This document shows, piece after piece, positions 1 to 9,433 of a stretch of 11,471 nt of DNA (positions within the stretch are counted from its first letter, which is position 1; each line of letters starts with the position of its first letter). The stretch comes from Octopus sinensis (Eukaryota). A model generated the notes under the pieces. That model made no database searches and was not told the DNA's origin. It was given only the letters and a program-made list of their open reading frames with translations. The stretch covers positions 1-11,471 of the forward strand of contig NW_021826989.1 in the NCBI RefSeq assembly GCF_006345805.1, read 5' to 3'. The position numbers and the translations under genes are program-made.

Positions 1-74
1 GTGTGTGTGTGTGTGTGTGTGTGTGTGTGGTGTGTATGAGTGTGTGTAATGTGTGTGTGTGTGTGTGTGTGTGT
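1..74. repeat. (GT)n dinucleotide microsatellite, interrupted
   Basis: Direct reading: GT units with short interruptions around 30-50; runs off the window start. Confidence 0.97.
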
Positions 75-152
75 ATGGTTTTACTAAATATAAAAGTTAT
101 CAAGTGATGGATTTAGCGTGTGATACATAAATAATACACGCACACATAAATG

Positions 153-153
153 C

Positions 154-178
<25 letters not shown>
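153..178. repeat. (CA)13 microsatellite
   Basis: Perfect CA run 153-178 with imperfect CA flanks. Confidence 0.95.
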
Positions 179-184
<6 letters not shown>

Positions 185-242
185 AATACAGTCATATTTT
201 CTTTTAGTGTTGTATGTATGTGAAGGGGAAAACAAAATGCTT

Positions 243-319
<77 letters not shown>

Positions 320-345
320 GCAGAAGGATAGATAGATAGACAGAT
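243..345. repeat. (GATA)n tetranucleotide microsatellite
   Basis: 19 perfect GATA units at 243-318, degenerate GATA/GACA units to about 345. Confidence 0.97.
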
Positions 346-372
346 GCAAACTTCGCTGTGCAAATTTATCTA

Positions 373-419
373 TCCTCCTTCTCCTTCTCCTTCTCTCTCC
401 TTCTCTCTCCTTCTCTCTC
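373..419. repeat. Polypyrimidine (CCTTCT/CT)n tract
   Basis: Uninterrupted C/T run built from CCTTCT and CT units. Confidence 0.9.
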
Positions 420-553
420 ACTTATTAATTTTTGTTCCTTCTTTCACATCGGAAAACTGCTCAAATAACGCGAAGAAAGAAACATAAATGAAATCATATA
501 AAGAATATACATGAAAAATATCTATAACAAGGCAAAGCTAATAGCTCAATAGC

Positions 554-930
554 TAATAAATAAATAAATAATAATAAAAATGCAATAAATAAATAATAAT
601 AAATAAGTAATAAATAAACAATAATAAGTAAATAATAAATAATAAATAATAAATAAATAATAAATAAATAATAAATAAATAATAACATAAATAAATAATA
701 ATAAATAAATAATAAATAATAAATAAATAATAATAAAAAGGCAATAAGTAAATAATAATAAATAAGTAATAAATAATAATAAATAAATAATAATAAATAA
801 ATAATAAATAAATAATAACATAAATAATAAATAATAAATAAATAATAAGAAATAAATAATAATAAATAAATAACCGTAAATAAATAAATAATAAAAAAAT
901 ATAAAAAATAATAATAAATAAATAAATAAT
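554..930. repeat. A-rich compound (AAT)/(AAAT) low-complexity array
   Basis: About 375 nt of mixed AAT and AAAT units with rare G/C interruptions. Confidence 0.95.
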
Positions 931-1133
931 GGTAAAAAGGCAACATGTTCTTTTGGCTGGTGCTACTTAGCAAAATGTCGGGAGTTAGCAAAGCTTTTAG
1001 TCTTTTTCATCAAAAAAAGAGGCAGCCTTAACACACGTCATCTTTATTGAAACCGACTTGGAAAATGTGATGTCTTCCACCCATCAACCTCTTCTGGGGG
1101 CGTATGTTAGTGCTCATGTTGTAGATTGATGTC

Positions 1134-1137
<4 letters not shown>

Positions 1138-1193
<56 letters not shown>

Positions 1194-1222
1194 TGTGTGT
1201 GTGTGTTGTGTGTGTGTGTGTG
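1138..1222. repeat. (GT)n microsatellite
   Basis: Near-perfect GT run with two interruptions. Confidence 0.97.
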
Positions 1223-1346
1223 TATACAAATATATACATAAATATATACATATTCACATTATAAATATGGGTGTGTGCTTGTGCGTGTATTTGGTCAAAC
1301 ATACAGATTCATAAATAGCTAAACACACGCACACATATGAAAAGAA

Positions 1347-1407
1347 TATATATATATACATATATGTATGTATATATATATGTATATATGTATGTATGTA
1401 TGTATAT
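1347..1407. repeat. (TA)/(TATG) compound microsatellite
   Basis: Direct reading; abuts the 3' tail of SINE A1. Confidence 0.9.
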
Positions 1408-1821
1408 CTTTTCTTTTTACTCTTTTACATGTTTTAGTCATTTGACTGCGGCCAAGCTGGAGCACCGCCTTTAGTCAAGGAAATCGACCCCAGGAATTAA
1501 TCTTTGGAAGATTTAGTACTCATTCTATCGGTCTCTTTTGCTGAACCGCTAAGTTACGGGCTCGTACACACACCACCATCGGTTGTCAAGCGATGGTGGG
1601 GGGACAAATTCAGACACACACACGCACACACACATACACACACACATGTATATATATACGACAGGCTTCTTTTAGTTTCCCTCTACCAAATCCACTCAAA
1701 AGGTTTTGGTCGGCCCAAGACTATAGTAGAAGATAATCGTCCAAGGTGCTATACAGGAGAACTGAACCTGGAACCATGTGGTTGGTAAGCAACCTACTTA
1801 CCACACAGCCGCTCCTGCGTC
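1408..1821 (-). mobile_element. tRNA-derived SINE family A (octopus, CORE-like), full-length copy A1
   Basis: Minus strand has a tRNA-like head (GACGCAGGAGCGGCTGTGTGGTAAG...CACATGGTTCCAGGTTCAGTTC, pol III A/B-box-like), body ...GGGCCGACCAAAACCTT..., an internal (TA)/(TG) microsatellite and tail ...GGCGGTGCTCCAGCTTGGCCGCAGTCAAATGACTAAAACATGTAAAAGAGT. It aligns with 8 other fragments in the window. Family identity is recalled, not searched. Confidence 0.92.
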
Positions 1822-1831
1822 TATATATATA

Positions 1832-1915
1832 TGGGCAAGTGTCTTCTGCTGTAGCCCCGGGCCGACTAATGCCTTGTGAGTGGATTTGGTAGATGGAAAC
1901 TGGAAGAAGCCTGTC

Positions 1916-1957
<42 letters not shown>

Positions 1958-2171
1958 TTGTGTGTCTGTGTTTGTCCCCCTAGCATTGCTTGACAACCGA
2001 TGCTGGTGTGTTTATGTCCCCGTCACTTAGCATTTCGGCAAAAGAGACCGATAGAATAAGTACTGGGTTTACAAAGAATAAGTTCCAAGGTCGATTTGCT
2101 CGACTAAAGGCGCTGCTCCAGCATGGCCGCAGTCAAATGACTGAAACAAGTAAAAAAAAAAGAGTAAAAGA

Positions 2172-2173
<2 letters not shown>
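1832..2173 (+). mobile_element. SINE family A, 5'-truncated (headless) copy A2
   Basis: Starts TGGGCAAGTGTCTTCT, has internal (TA)n at 1917-1947 and ends GCAGTCAAATGACTGAAACAAGTAAAAAAAAAAGAGTAAAAGAGT, followed by (TA)17. About 73/89 identity to the A1 reverse complement over the first 89 nt (hand alignment). Confidence 0.93.
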
Positions 2174-2210
<37 letters not shown>

Positions 2211-2236
2211 CGAATGTGTATGTGTGTCCTGCATGG

Positions 2237-2388
2237 TAGCGGTTCATAAAAAATCGTAGACAGAACAGAAGAAGCACCAGGCTTAGCAAAACAATAATTA
2301 CTGGAGTTGACTTGTTAGGTTGAACATTTCGAGGCTGCACTCCAGCGTGGACGCAGTCTAGTGACTGAAACAAATAAATAGAAAAGAT
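2237..2388 (+). mobile_element. SINE family A, old degenerate 3' fragment A3
   Basis: TAGCGGTTC...GGCTTAGCAAAACAATAATTACTGGAGTTGAC...CTCCAGCGTGGACGCAGTCTAGTGACTGAAACAAATAAA aligns with the 3' third of A2. Confidence 0.8.
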
Positions 2389-2532
2389 ACGAAGATGTTA
2401 TGGATATATTGAAAATTAGAAGGTGAATAGAGAAATTATCCAAACTGACTGAGACCGCTATTTTTCGTTTACCATTCGTCAACCAGACCACATCAAGAAC
2501 AGACGACGAGCTGCCAACAGCACAGACAGAAA

Positions 2533-2946
2533 GGCGTGTGGCTGTGTGGTAAGAAGCTTGCTTCCCAGTCACATGGTTCTGGGTCCTGGGTTCAATCCTA
2601 CTGCATGGCACCTTCGGCGAGTATCTTCTACAATAGCCTAGGGCCGACCAAAGCCTTGTCAGTTGATTCGGTTGACGTCAACTGAAAGAAACCCGTCGTA
2701 TATATGTTATGTGTGAGTGCGTATGTGTGTGTGTCTTTGTGTCAGCGTTGGTCTCTCCACCATCGCTTGACAACCGGTGTTGGTGTGTTTGCGTCTGCAT
2801 AAAATAGCGGATCGGCAAAAGAAATCGATGGAATACTACCAAGCTTTAAAAAAGAAAAAAAAGCCCCGGGATCGATTCATTCGACTAAAAGCCCTGGGTG
2901 CTCCAGCGTGGCCACAGTCTAATTATTGGAACAAGTAAAAGATAAA
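2533..2946 (+). mobile_element. SINE family A, near full-length diverged copy A4
   Basis: Head GGCGTGTGGCTGTGTGGTAAGAAGCTTGCTTCCC with a short CTGGGT duplication before the B box (2579-2592), body GGGCCGACCAAAGCCTTG, internal TG repeat, tail CTCCAGCGTGGCCACAGTCT...ACAAGTAAAAGATAAAA. Confidence 0.9.
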
Positions 2947-3076
2947 AAAAAACACGTATCAAAGAAGGTGATCAGAAAAAATAAAAATTTGTTATTATTC
3001 ATACAACATTACACGTGTTTCATTTACTAGTAGTCGTTAGAAAATGTGTTGATGCAGAAGAACACATGTAAAATAA

Positions 3077-3260
3077 TCCTATATCTATAAACGGCAAAAT
3101 GTATGTGTATCTGTGTATCTGTGTGTCCTTTATACAAATCCAGTTTTTCACGTAAAAGGCTTGCATTTTCTATGGGCTTTCAAAACTGTCTGAGGGTGGT
3201 CGTGAAGATCTTTTCATATTCCCAGTCACCTCAGAAAGCCATTAAAAAATCAATAAACCA
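3077..3260 (+). mobile_element. Probable 5' end of a non-autonomous Helitron-like (rolling-circle) element
   Basis: Begins A|TC CTATATCTATAAACGGCAAAAT followed by a (GTAT/CTGT)-like microsatellite, the layout of Lep1-type non-autonomous Helitrons. I recall the following ~130 nt as an octopus repeat. No 3' hairpin plus CTRR end was found. Confidence 0.45.
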
Positions 3261-3323
3261 ACTCCTTATGCCCATAAGTTATTTTGCGGCCAAATTCGAG
3301 TTTTTCGCTTTCTTCTGCCTCCA

Positions 3324-3350
3324 CACAACAACAGCAACAACAATAACAAC
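3324..3350. repeat. (ACA)n imperfect trinucleotide repeat
   Basis: CACAACAACAGCAACAACAATAACAAC. Confidence 0.8.
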
Positions 3351-3364
3351 AGAGATATCGTAAT

Positions 3365-3583
3365 CACATATACATATGCACAAACATCTATAAATAAACA
3401 CACACGAACAGTCATAAGACATACAGACATACTTATACATATACATACACATATATGTATGCAAATACACATACACATATATATATATATATATATACAC
3501 ACGCATACATATATATATGCACACATACACATATGTATACATACACGCACATAAATATATACATACACACACATATATGTATG

Positions 3584-3618
<35 letters not shown>

Positions 3619-3860
3619 GGAGATATTTACACACATGCATATTTACACATACATGCGTGCATATTCATACATACACATACATACACACACACACATATTA
3701 CACATGCACATTCACACATATATATACATACACACATATATATACATACACATACGCACATATTTATACATACACATATACATATATCTACATACACATG
3801 CAGACATTTCTATATAAACACATATACACATATCTACATACATATGCATACACATTCATA
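3365..3860. repeat. Degenerate compound (CA)/(TA)/(TACA) array with internal (AG)n
   Basis: About 500 nt of alternating purine-pyrimidine sequence; TA run 3584-3604 and AG run 3604-3622. Confidence 0.93.
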
Positions 3861-4051
3861 CGGGACCTACGCCACCGAAGCAAGCGAAGATGCTATATAG
3901 GGGTCCTGCTGTTGTCCCCTTTATTTCTCTCACCCAAGTAGTTCCAGGTGATAGAAGGGTGTGATGGGATCTTGGAGTGTCGGTAGGGGGTAATGTAGTT
4001 AGGTGATGGGTGTGGGACAAAATAACGAGGCTGGGGAGCGAAACGTGGGGC

Positions 4052-4632
4052 GGTGGTGGTAATGATGGTTATGGTGATGGTGGTGGCGGTGATGATGGTG
4101 GCTGTGGTGGCTGTGATGATAGTGGTGATGATGGTGGGGGTGTGGGTGGGGTGGGGGTTGTGGGGGTGGAGGTAGTGATAGAGTCTGGAGTGGTGGTGCT
4201 CCTGATGATGACGGTGGTGTTAGTGGTGGTGGTGGTGGTGGTGTTGGTGGTGGTGGTGGTAATGGTCGTGGTGGTGATAATAGTAGTGGTGATGATAATG
4301 GTCGTGCTGGTGATGGTGATGGTGATGACGGTAGAGGTGGCAGTGGTGATGACGATAGTGATGATGATGATTATGATGATGGTGATGATAATGGTGATAG
4401 TGGTGGTGGTAGTGGTGGTGATGGCCGTGGTAGTAATGATGGTGATGATGGTGGTGGTGGTTGTGGTGGTGGTGGTGGTGGTGGTGGTGGTGAAGGCGGT
4501 GGTGGTAATGGTAGTTGTAATAACAGTAGTGCTGCTGATGATGATGATGGCCGTGCAGGTGATGGAGATGATGGTAGAGGTGGTAGTGATGATGATGATG
4601 ATGATAGTGATGATGATTGTGATGATGGTGAT
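4052..4632 (+). repeat. G-rich compound triplet array 1, (GGT/GAT/AGT)n
   Basis: About 580 nt of in-phase triplets; explains ORFs 4010..4642, 4069..4716 and 4371..4790. Confidence 0.95.
4136..4166 (+). other. Canonical G-quadruplex motif
   Basis: G5-TGT-G3-T-G4-T-G5-TTGT-G5 fits G3+N1-7 four times. Folding is predicted only. Confidence 0.6.
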
Positions 4633-5143
4633 CGTCGAATGAAATGAGAATAGTGGTAGTAACACCAACATAAAATTAAAGATCGCTGGAATGAATAGAA
4701 GCCAAATCGAAACCATAGATTCGGAACCATGTCAGAGCCTGTTACCGGTGTGGCGCACACAAACCTACAAATGTACTTCTGTATAAACATACACTAATTA
4801 CATGCAGTCTGAATCATTGACTCCATTTTGCTTTGTTTAAATCTTGGCATTTTTCAGATGAGCGTTAACAACCTTTTTTCCGAGTGACGAAATCGCACTG
4901 ACTCTCGATAAAATCCTTGGCTACTGAAATACGTTTATCATCCATCTGTGTAGTGTTCATACCTTCATATGAGTGAGAATTGAAACTGAACCTACGGGCT
5001 TAGGTACGCAACAACAGATGAACCCGTCTTCGGTATCTGACGAAGCATATAGTTGTTGTCCAAATATTCATATATTTGTGGTATAAGAACTGAAAAACTT
5101 TGAGAGGTGTGAAATAAAACTCGAAGTAGATACAGCTATAAAT

Positions 5144-5473
5144 AGGTAAAAAGGTAAAGACCCCTTTAACTCATAAATGACCAAGGGGTTACACCTAGAA
5201 AGTTCCCCTCCGAGGCACATGTTCGGGCAAGGTTGTTTATGGGAGCCCAGCAGTCGCCCATGCAAACCAGCCTCTTCTCCCCACGCCACTGATGTTATCC
5301 AAGGGAAAAACAAAGCCTGATACAGCTTGGCCCCAGTGATGTCACAACTCATCCCTATAGCTGAGGGAAATAAAGTGACTTGCTCAAGAACACAACGCAC
5401 AGCCCAGTCCGGGAATCGAACTCACTACCTCATGACTGTGAGCCTGATGCTCTAACCAGTGAGCCAAGCACCT
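5144..5473 (-). mobile_element. tRNA-derived SINE family B (octopus, CORE-like), near full-length
   Basis: Minus strand shows A box TGGCTCACTGGTTAGAGC, B box GAGTTCGATTCC, CORE-like TTGAGCAAGTCACTTTATTTC and tail ...GGGGTCTTTACCTTTTTACCT. Confidence 0.9.
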
Positions 5474-5484
5474 TTATTACATAT

Positions 5485-5604
5485 AAAAAAGGTGAAGACC
5501 CCCTCCGGCCATGAATAACCATGGGATTTTACCTACAGTGGGATTGAACCCGGAGCCATGTGGTTGGGAAGCAAGCTTATTACCACTCAGCCTCTCCTGC
5601 GCCT
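5485..5604 (-). mobile_element. Chimeric mini-SINE: family A tRNA head (5536-5604) joined to family B 3' tail (5485-5535)
   Basis: The head aligns with A1/A4/A7 heads. The tail AAGGTGAAGACCCCCTCCGGCCATGAATAACCATGGGATTTTACCTA (+) aligns with AAGGTAAAGACCCCTTTAACTCATAAATGACCAAGGGGTTACACCTA at 5151-5197. Confidence 0.8.
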
Positions 5605-5918
5605 ATTGTGTAAATATTGGATTGAAAATCTTTTACCTATCCAATGGGACCTTTAACTTAATATTTTTCGCACTATTATTTTATAGCTTTATTTACTTCG
5701 AGTTCAACCGTTAAAAGCGATTTATACACTTGTCTTATGATAAACCGACCATACGATAAGTGAATGAAGAGGCGGATGATATACTAAGGGACGAGCGAAA
5801 CTGAAAGATGATTTTGTGGCGTTCATGCATTTTTAAATGGAATCATCGAAGTAAGTGGAATGAGATTTAATGCTACGTTTCCAAGATTTGAAACCTGATC
5901 CTTGTTACAAGCTTTACT

Positions 5919-5961
5919 GACCGGAAGCAGTGATTTCTCACTACCGGATGTCACGCCAATC
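5919..5961 (+). promoter_or_regulatory. Candidate TATA-less promoter cluster: two ETS-type sites and a CCAAT box
   Basis: ACCGGAAGC at 5920-5928, ACCGGATGT at 5943-5951 and GCCAATC at 5955-5961, within the longest repeat-free stretch of the window. Confidence 0.45.
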
Positions 5962-6260
5962 TAATTGCCAGTAAAACAGTTTTAAAAGGTAAAAAAAAAA
6001 GAAGAAAACTATAAAAAATATTAAAACAAATATTTTCCTTGGGGTGAAGTAAAATAAACACGTTTCATAAAGTGTTGAAAGTTTGAGGCAGTTTTATAGG
6101 GTCCACTTAAGCCTTAACGTGTTAGAGGGAGTAGGGGACTTAAGTGACCGGTAGCTACCTTTCTCTCTCAGCCTTTCTCACTCCATTTGAAGTCTATTTT
6201 GCTTCTGTAGTTCTTTATTTCTGCCTATTTTATTCGTCAACTGTCTTTCTCTCTTTTCAG

Positions 6261-6308
6261 GAATTTTACTTAATTTGAAATTCGAGATATAAATTCCTGT
6301 TTAGCAGG
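6261..6308 (+). other. Candidate 48-nt non-coding (5'UTR or lncRNA) exon
   Basis: Acceptor CTGTCTTTCTCTCTTTTCAG| after a ~100-nt pyrimidine-rich tract; donor CAGG|GTAAGG at 6309. All three frames contain stops and there is no ATG. Confidence 0.55.
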
Positions 6309-6648
6309 GTAAGGTTTGAAGGACACACTTGCACAAATGTTTACTTTACATCGAGCTGTTACAGTTTAGATATTACCCACTACAGTGGCCAATATATACA
6401 CATATACATAAATACACAAATACATACATAGATTCGGGATTGATCCGGTACCAGACTAGGATTCTGGATTAGTTTTCCTGGTCTTTCCCTTTTTTTCTTA
6501 ACTTAAATTTTGAGAGCGGTAGGGTTCATTTTTACTATTTTCGTTTGTGAGAGCAGTCAATTTATTTCTCACTTTAAAATCATCTCTGGCTAATCGTTGA
6601 GAGGACATTGGTGTTGCTTTGACGGAGGTTTGCGCTCTCTAAGTGCCC

Positions 6649-6670
6649 TTGTTGTTGTTGTTGTTGTTGA

Positions 6671-6727
<57 letters not shown>
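6649..6727. repeat. (TTG)7 plus (TAT)19 compound microsatellite
   Basis: Direct reading; the TAT part is the (TAA)n 3' flank or tail of the LINE fragment on the minus strand. Confidence 0.97.
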
Positions 6728-7101
<374 letters not shown>

Positions 7102-7581
7102 TTATTAATATTATTTGCATAAATATCATTCATTATCACAAGCATTATTTCAACTTGTATAATCACTATAGATTATAAGTTAGGTTTATTTAAATCATTT
7201 AAACGTATATTTTGTCCACTGCGGACGTCTGTCTCTTGGTCTCTTCCTGTCTAGTGTTTAGAAGGGTAAATTTAGAAGTGAAAACTTGGTACATTTCTTT
7301 TACACAAAAGTCACATCAATTATCGCCTTATTCTATAAGATATTGCCTTATTAATCATTCCCCAAGCAATCGAAAATACCTTGTTACTATCTTTTACTGC
7401 CCAAATTTAAAATTCTTTGTGAAAATTATTTGAAACAGTTTTACTAAGTACAAAAAAAAGCCTTTTTAATTACTTTTAAAATGAAAGTTGTAAATTCTTT
7501 ATCAGAACGTCACTAACCTCTTTTTGGAAGAACTTTCTTTATAGTGTGTGTGTATATAAATATATATATATATATATATAT

Positions 7582-7682
7582 AGGTGTGGCTGTGTGATAA
7601 GAAGCTTGCTTTCCCAACACATGGTCCGGGTTCAATCCCACTGCAGGGCACCTTGGGCAAGTGTCTGCTACTATAGCTTCTG
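7582..7682 (+). mobile_element. SINE family A head fragment A6 (3'-truncated), preceded by (TA)n at 7561-7582
   Basis: AGGTGTGGCTGTGTGATAAGAAGCTTGC...GGGTTCAATCCCACTGCAGGGCACCTTGGGCAAGTGTCTGCTACTATAGC, running directly into the triplet array. Confidence 0.92.
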
Positions 7683-7893
7683 GTAGTGGTGGTAGTGGTG
7701 GTGGTAGTGGTCATGGTAGTGGTGGTAGTGGTGATGGTGATAGTGGTGATGGTAATGGTCGTGGTGGTGACGATGTTAGTGGGCGTGGGGATGGTGGTGA
7801 TTATGATGGTGACGTTGGTGATGATGATAGTTGTGGTGCTAGCGATGATGGTGGTGATACCAATGAAGGTGGCGGTCATGATGGTAGCGGTGG
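7681..7893 (+). repeat. G-rich compound triplet array 2, (GGT/GAT/AGT)n
   Basis: In-phase degenerate triplets. Confidence 0.93.
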
Positions 7894-8126
7894 GAGCTAA
7901 AGTAACAACACTCAAGTGAAATACAACAGAGACTAATTATAAAGATGGCGAAAACAAACACAATTTGTATTTGGTCTTTGGTATCAGATCACTTTAAGGT
8001 CGGTGTGGGGGCCACGGAATGTCAGTTCCACTTCTCGAAACTATACATACACACTTGGAACAGATCCGTCAAGCGGAAATATCTATTTTCTTTTCCTTAT
8101 TGCTGTTGTTAGAGCTGGAATGGCTA

Positions 8127-8156
8127 TGGTAATGGTGGTGGTGGTGGTGGTGGTGG

Positions 8157-8187
<31 letters not shown>

Positions 8188-8772
8188 GGTGGTGGTGGTG
8201 ATGGTCGTGGTGGTGGTGACGGTGGTGGCGTTGGAGTTGGAGTTGGTGGTGCTGATGTTGATCTGGTGTTGGTGGTGGTGGTGGAGGAGGTGGTAGCGGT
8301 GGTGATTGTGGTGGTGGTGATTGTGATAGTGGTAATGGTCGTGGTGGTGGTGATGGTCATGGTGGTGGTGGTTGTGGTTGTGGCGGTGTTGGTGTTGCTG
8401 ATGTTGATCTGGTGATGGTGGTGGTGGTAGTAGTGGTGATGGTGGTGGTGGTGGTGGTGGTGGTGGTAGAAGAGGTGGTTGTGGTAGAGTGTGGATGAGT
8501 GAGGAGAGGATGGAAAAAGGAGGGAGTGGGGACGATGGTGAAGGACAGCAGAGATGATTATCATGATAGTGGTAGTGTTGGTGTCGCTGGTGTTCTTGTT
8601 TGTTATTGGTGTGATGATGGTGGCGGTGGAGGTGCTGGTGGTGATGATGGTGGAAGTGGTGAGGGTAGTGGTGATGTCGATGGTGACGGTACTAGTAGCA
8701 GTATCGATGACGGTGGAGGTGGTAATGATATTGGTGGTGGTGGTCAATGTGATAGAGGTGGTGGTGGGGGGT
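8127..8772 (+). repeat. G-rich compound triplet array 3 with an internal ~135-146 nt duplication
   Basis: In-phase triplets. GCTGATGTTGATCTGGTG occurs at 8251 and 8397; ATGGTCGTGGTGGTGGTGA occurs at 8201 and 8335. Confidence 0.93.
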
Positions 8773-8921
8773 CGGGGGAGCTTCTTTCAGTTTCCATCAA
8801 CGAAATACATTCACAAGTCATTGGCCAACCCGAGGCTATAGTAGAAGACACTTGCCCAAGGTGCCACGCAGTGGGACTGAACCCGGAACCATGTGGATGG
8901 CAAGCAAGCTACCTACCACAC
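8773..8921 (-). mobile_element. SINE family A 5' half A7
   Basis: Minus strand GTGTGGTAGGTAGCTTGCTTGCCATCCACATGGTTCCGGGTTCAGTCCCACTGCGTGGCACCTTGGGCAAGTGTCTTCTACTATAGCCTCGGG...GGAAACTGAAAGAAGC; stops just before the internal microsatellite. Confidence 0.93.
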
Positions 8922-8979
8922 TTTTGCTCACATCGATACGGTGGTTCATCGAATGCTAGGATAACTATCTTCACATCCA

Positions 8980-9242
8980 TATCTCTTTTACGTTGCAATC
9001 ACTGAACTGTGGCCATGCTGGGGCACAACCACGAAGGATTTAGTCGAACAAATTGACCCTGGTACTTACCATTTATGTGCAGGACTTGTTCTTTCGTACT
9101 ATTTTGCTGAACTGCTAAGATACGGGAACGTAAACAAGCCAGCACCGGTTATAATGTATAAGGGGGACATACAGATACGCAAACACAAAAGCACATACCT
9201 GCACTTCCACACACACTCATACACACACATACACATATACGA
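8980..9242 (-). mobile_element. SINE family A 3' half A8 (diverged, headless)
   Basis: The plus strand shows the reverse complement of the tail (CTCTTTTACGTTGC...GTGGCCATGCTGGGGCAC...TTAGTCGAACAAATTGACCC), body (TTTTGCTGAACTGCTAAGATACGGGAACGTAAAC) and internal CA repeat ending ATATACGA. Confidence 0.85.
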
Positions 9243-9433
9243 TATAGGGATTTGGAAATTTTCTCTTAACTGCGATTATCTTTACAAACAGAAGATAAAA
9301 CTCCCTCAAGATGAGTGTTTCGAAATTATAAGCAAAGTACAGAATCCCAATAATAGCAGATAATCCAGTTTTATAAGAAAATAGAGCCGGTTCAAACTGG
9401 AGTGAGTCTTATCATTAAAACCAATTTGTAAAA

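Noticed and set aside
3004-3051. Second hammerhead-like pattern on the minus strand (CTAACGA...GAAACACGTGTA)
   Set aside because: G5 is mutated, there is no proper stem II closing pair and stem I is out of register. Could be a very old relic but is not supportable.
4800-4935. Possible exon on either strand (TTTTTCAG at 4857 on +; TTTCAG at ~4924 on -)
   Set aside because: All frames hit stops on both strands and no convincing matching donor was found.
4982-5070. CTGACGA (5037-5043) with nearby hairpins as a hammerhead
   Set aside because: No correctly placed GAAA and stems do not close in the required topology.
7235-7270. Possible micro-exon (CTTCCTGTCTAG|TGTTTAGAAGG|GTAAAT)
   Set aside because: Signals are short and expected by chance in AT-rich DNA; no independent support.
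9292-9401. Possible + strand exon (AAACAG| ... GA|GTGAGT)
   Set aside because: The donor is strong, but the acceptor is weak and all frames from 9292 contain stops. The open 42-nt variant (9360-9401, IIQFYKKIEPVQTG) has no pyrimidine tract and no recognisable homology.
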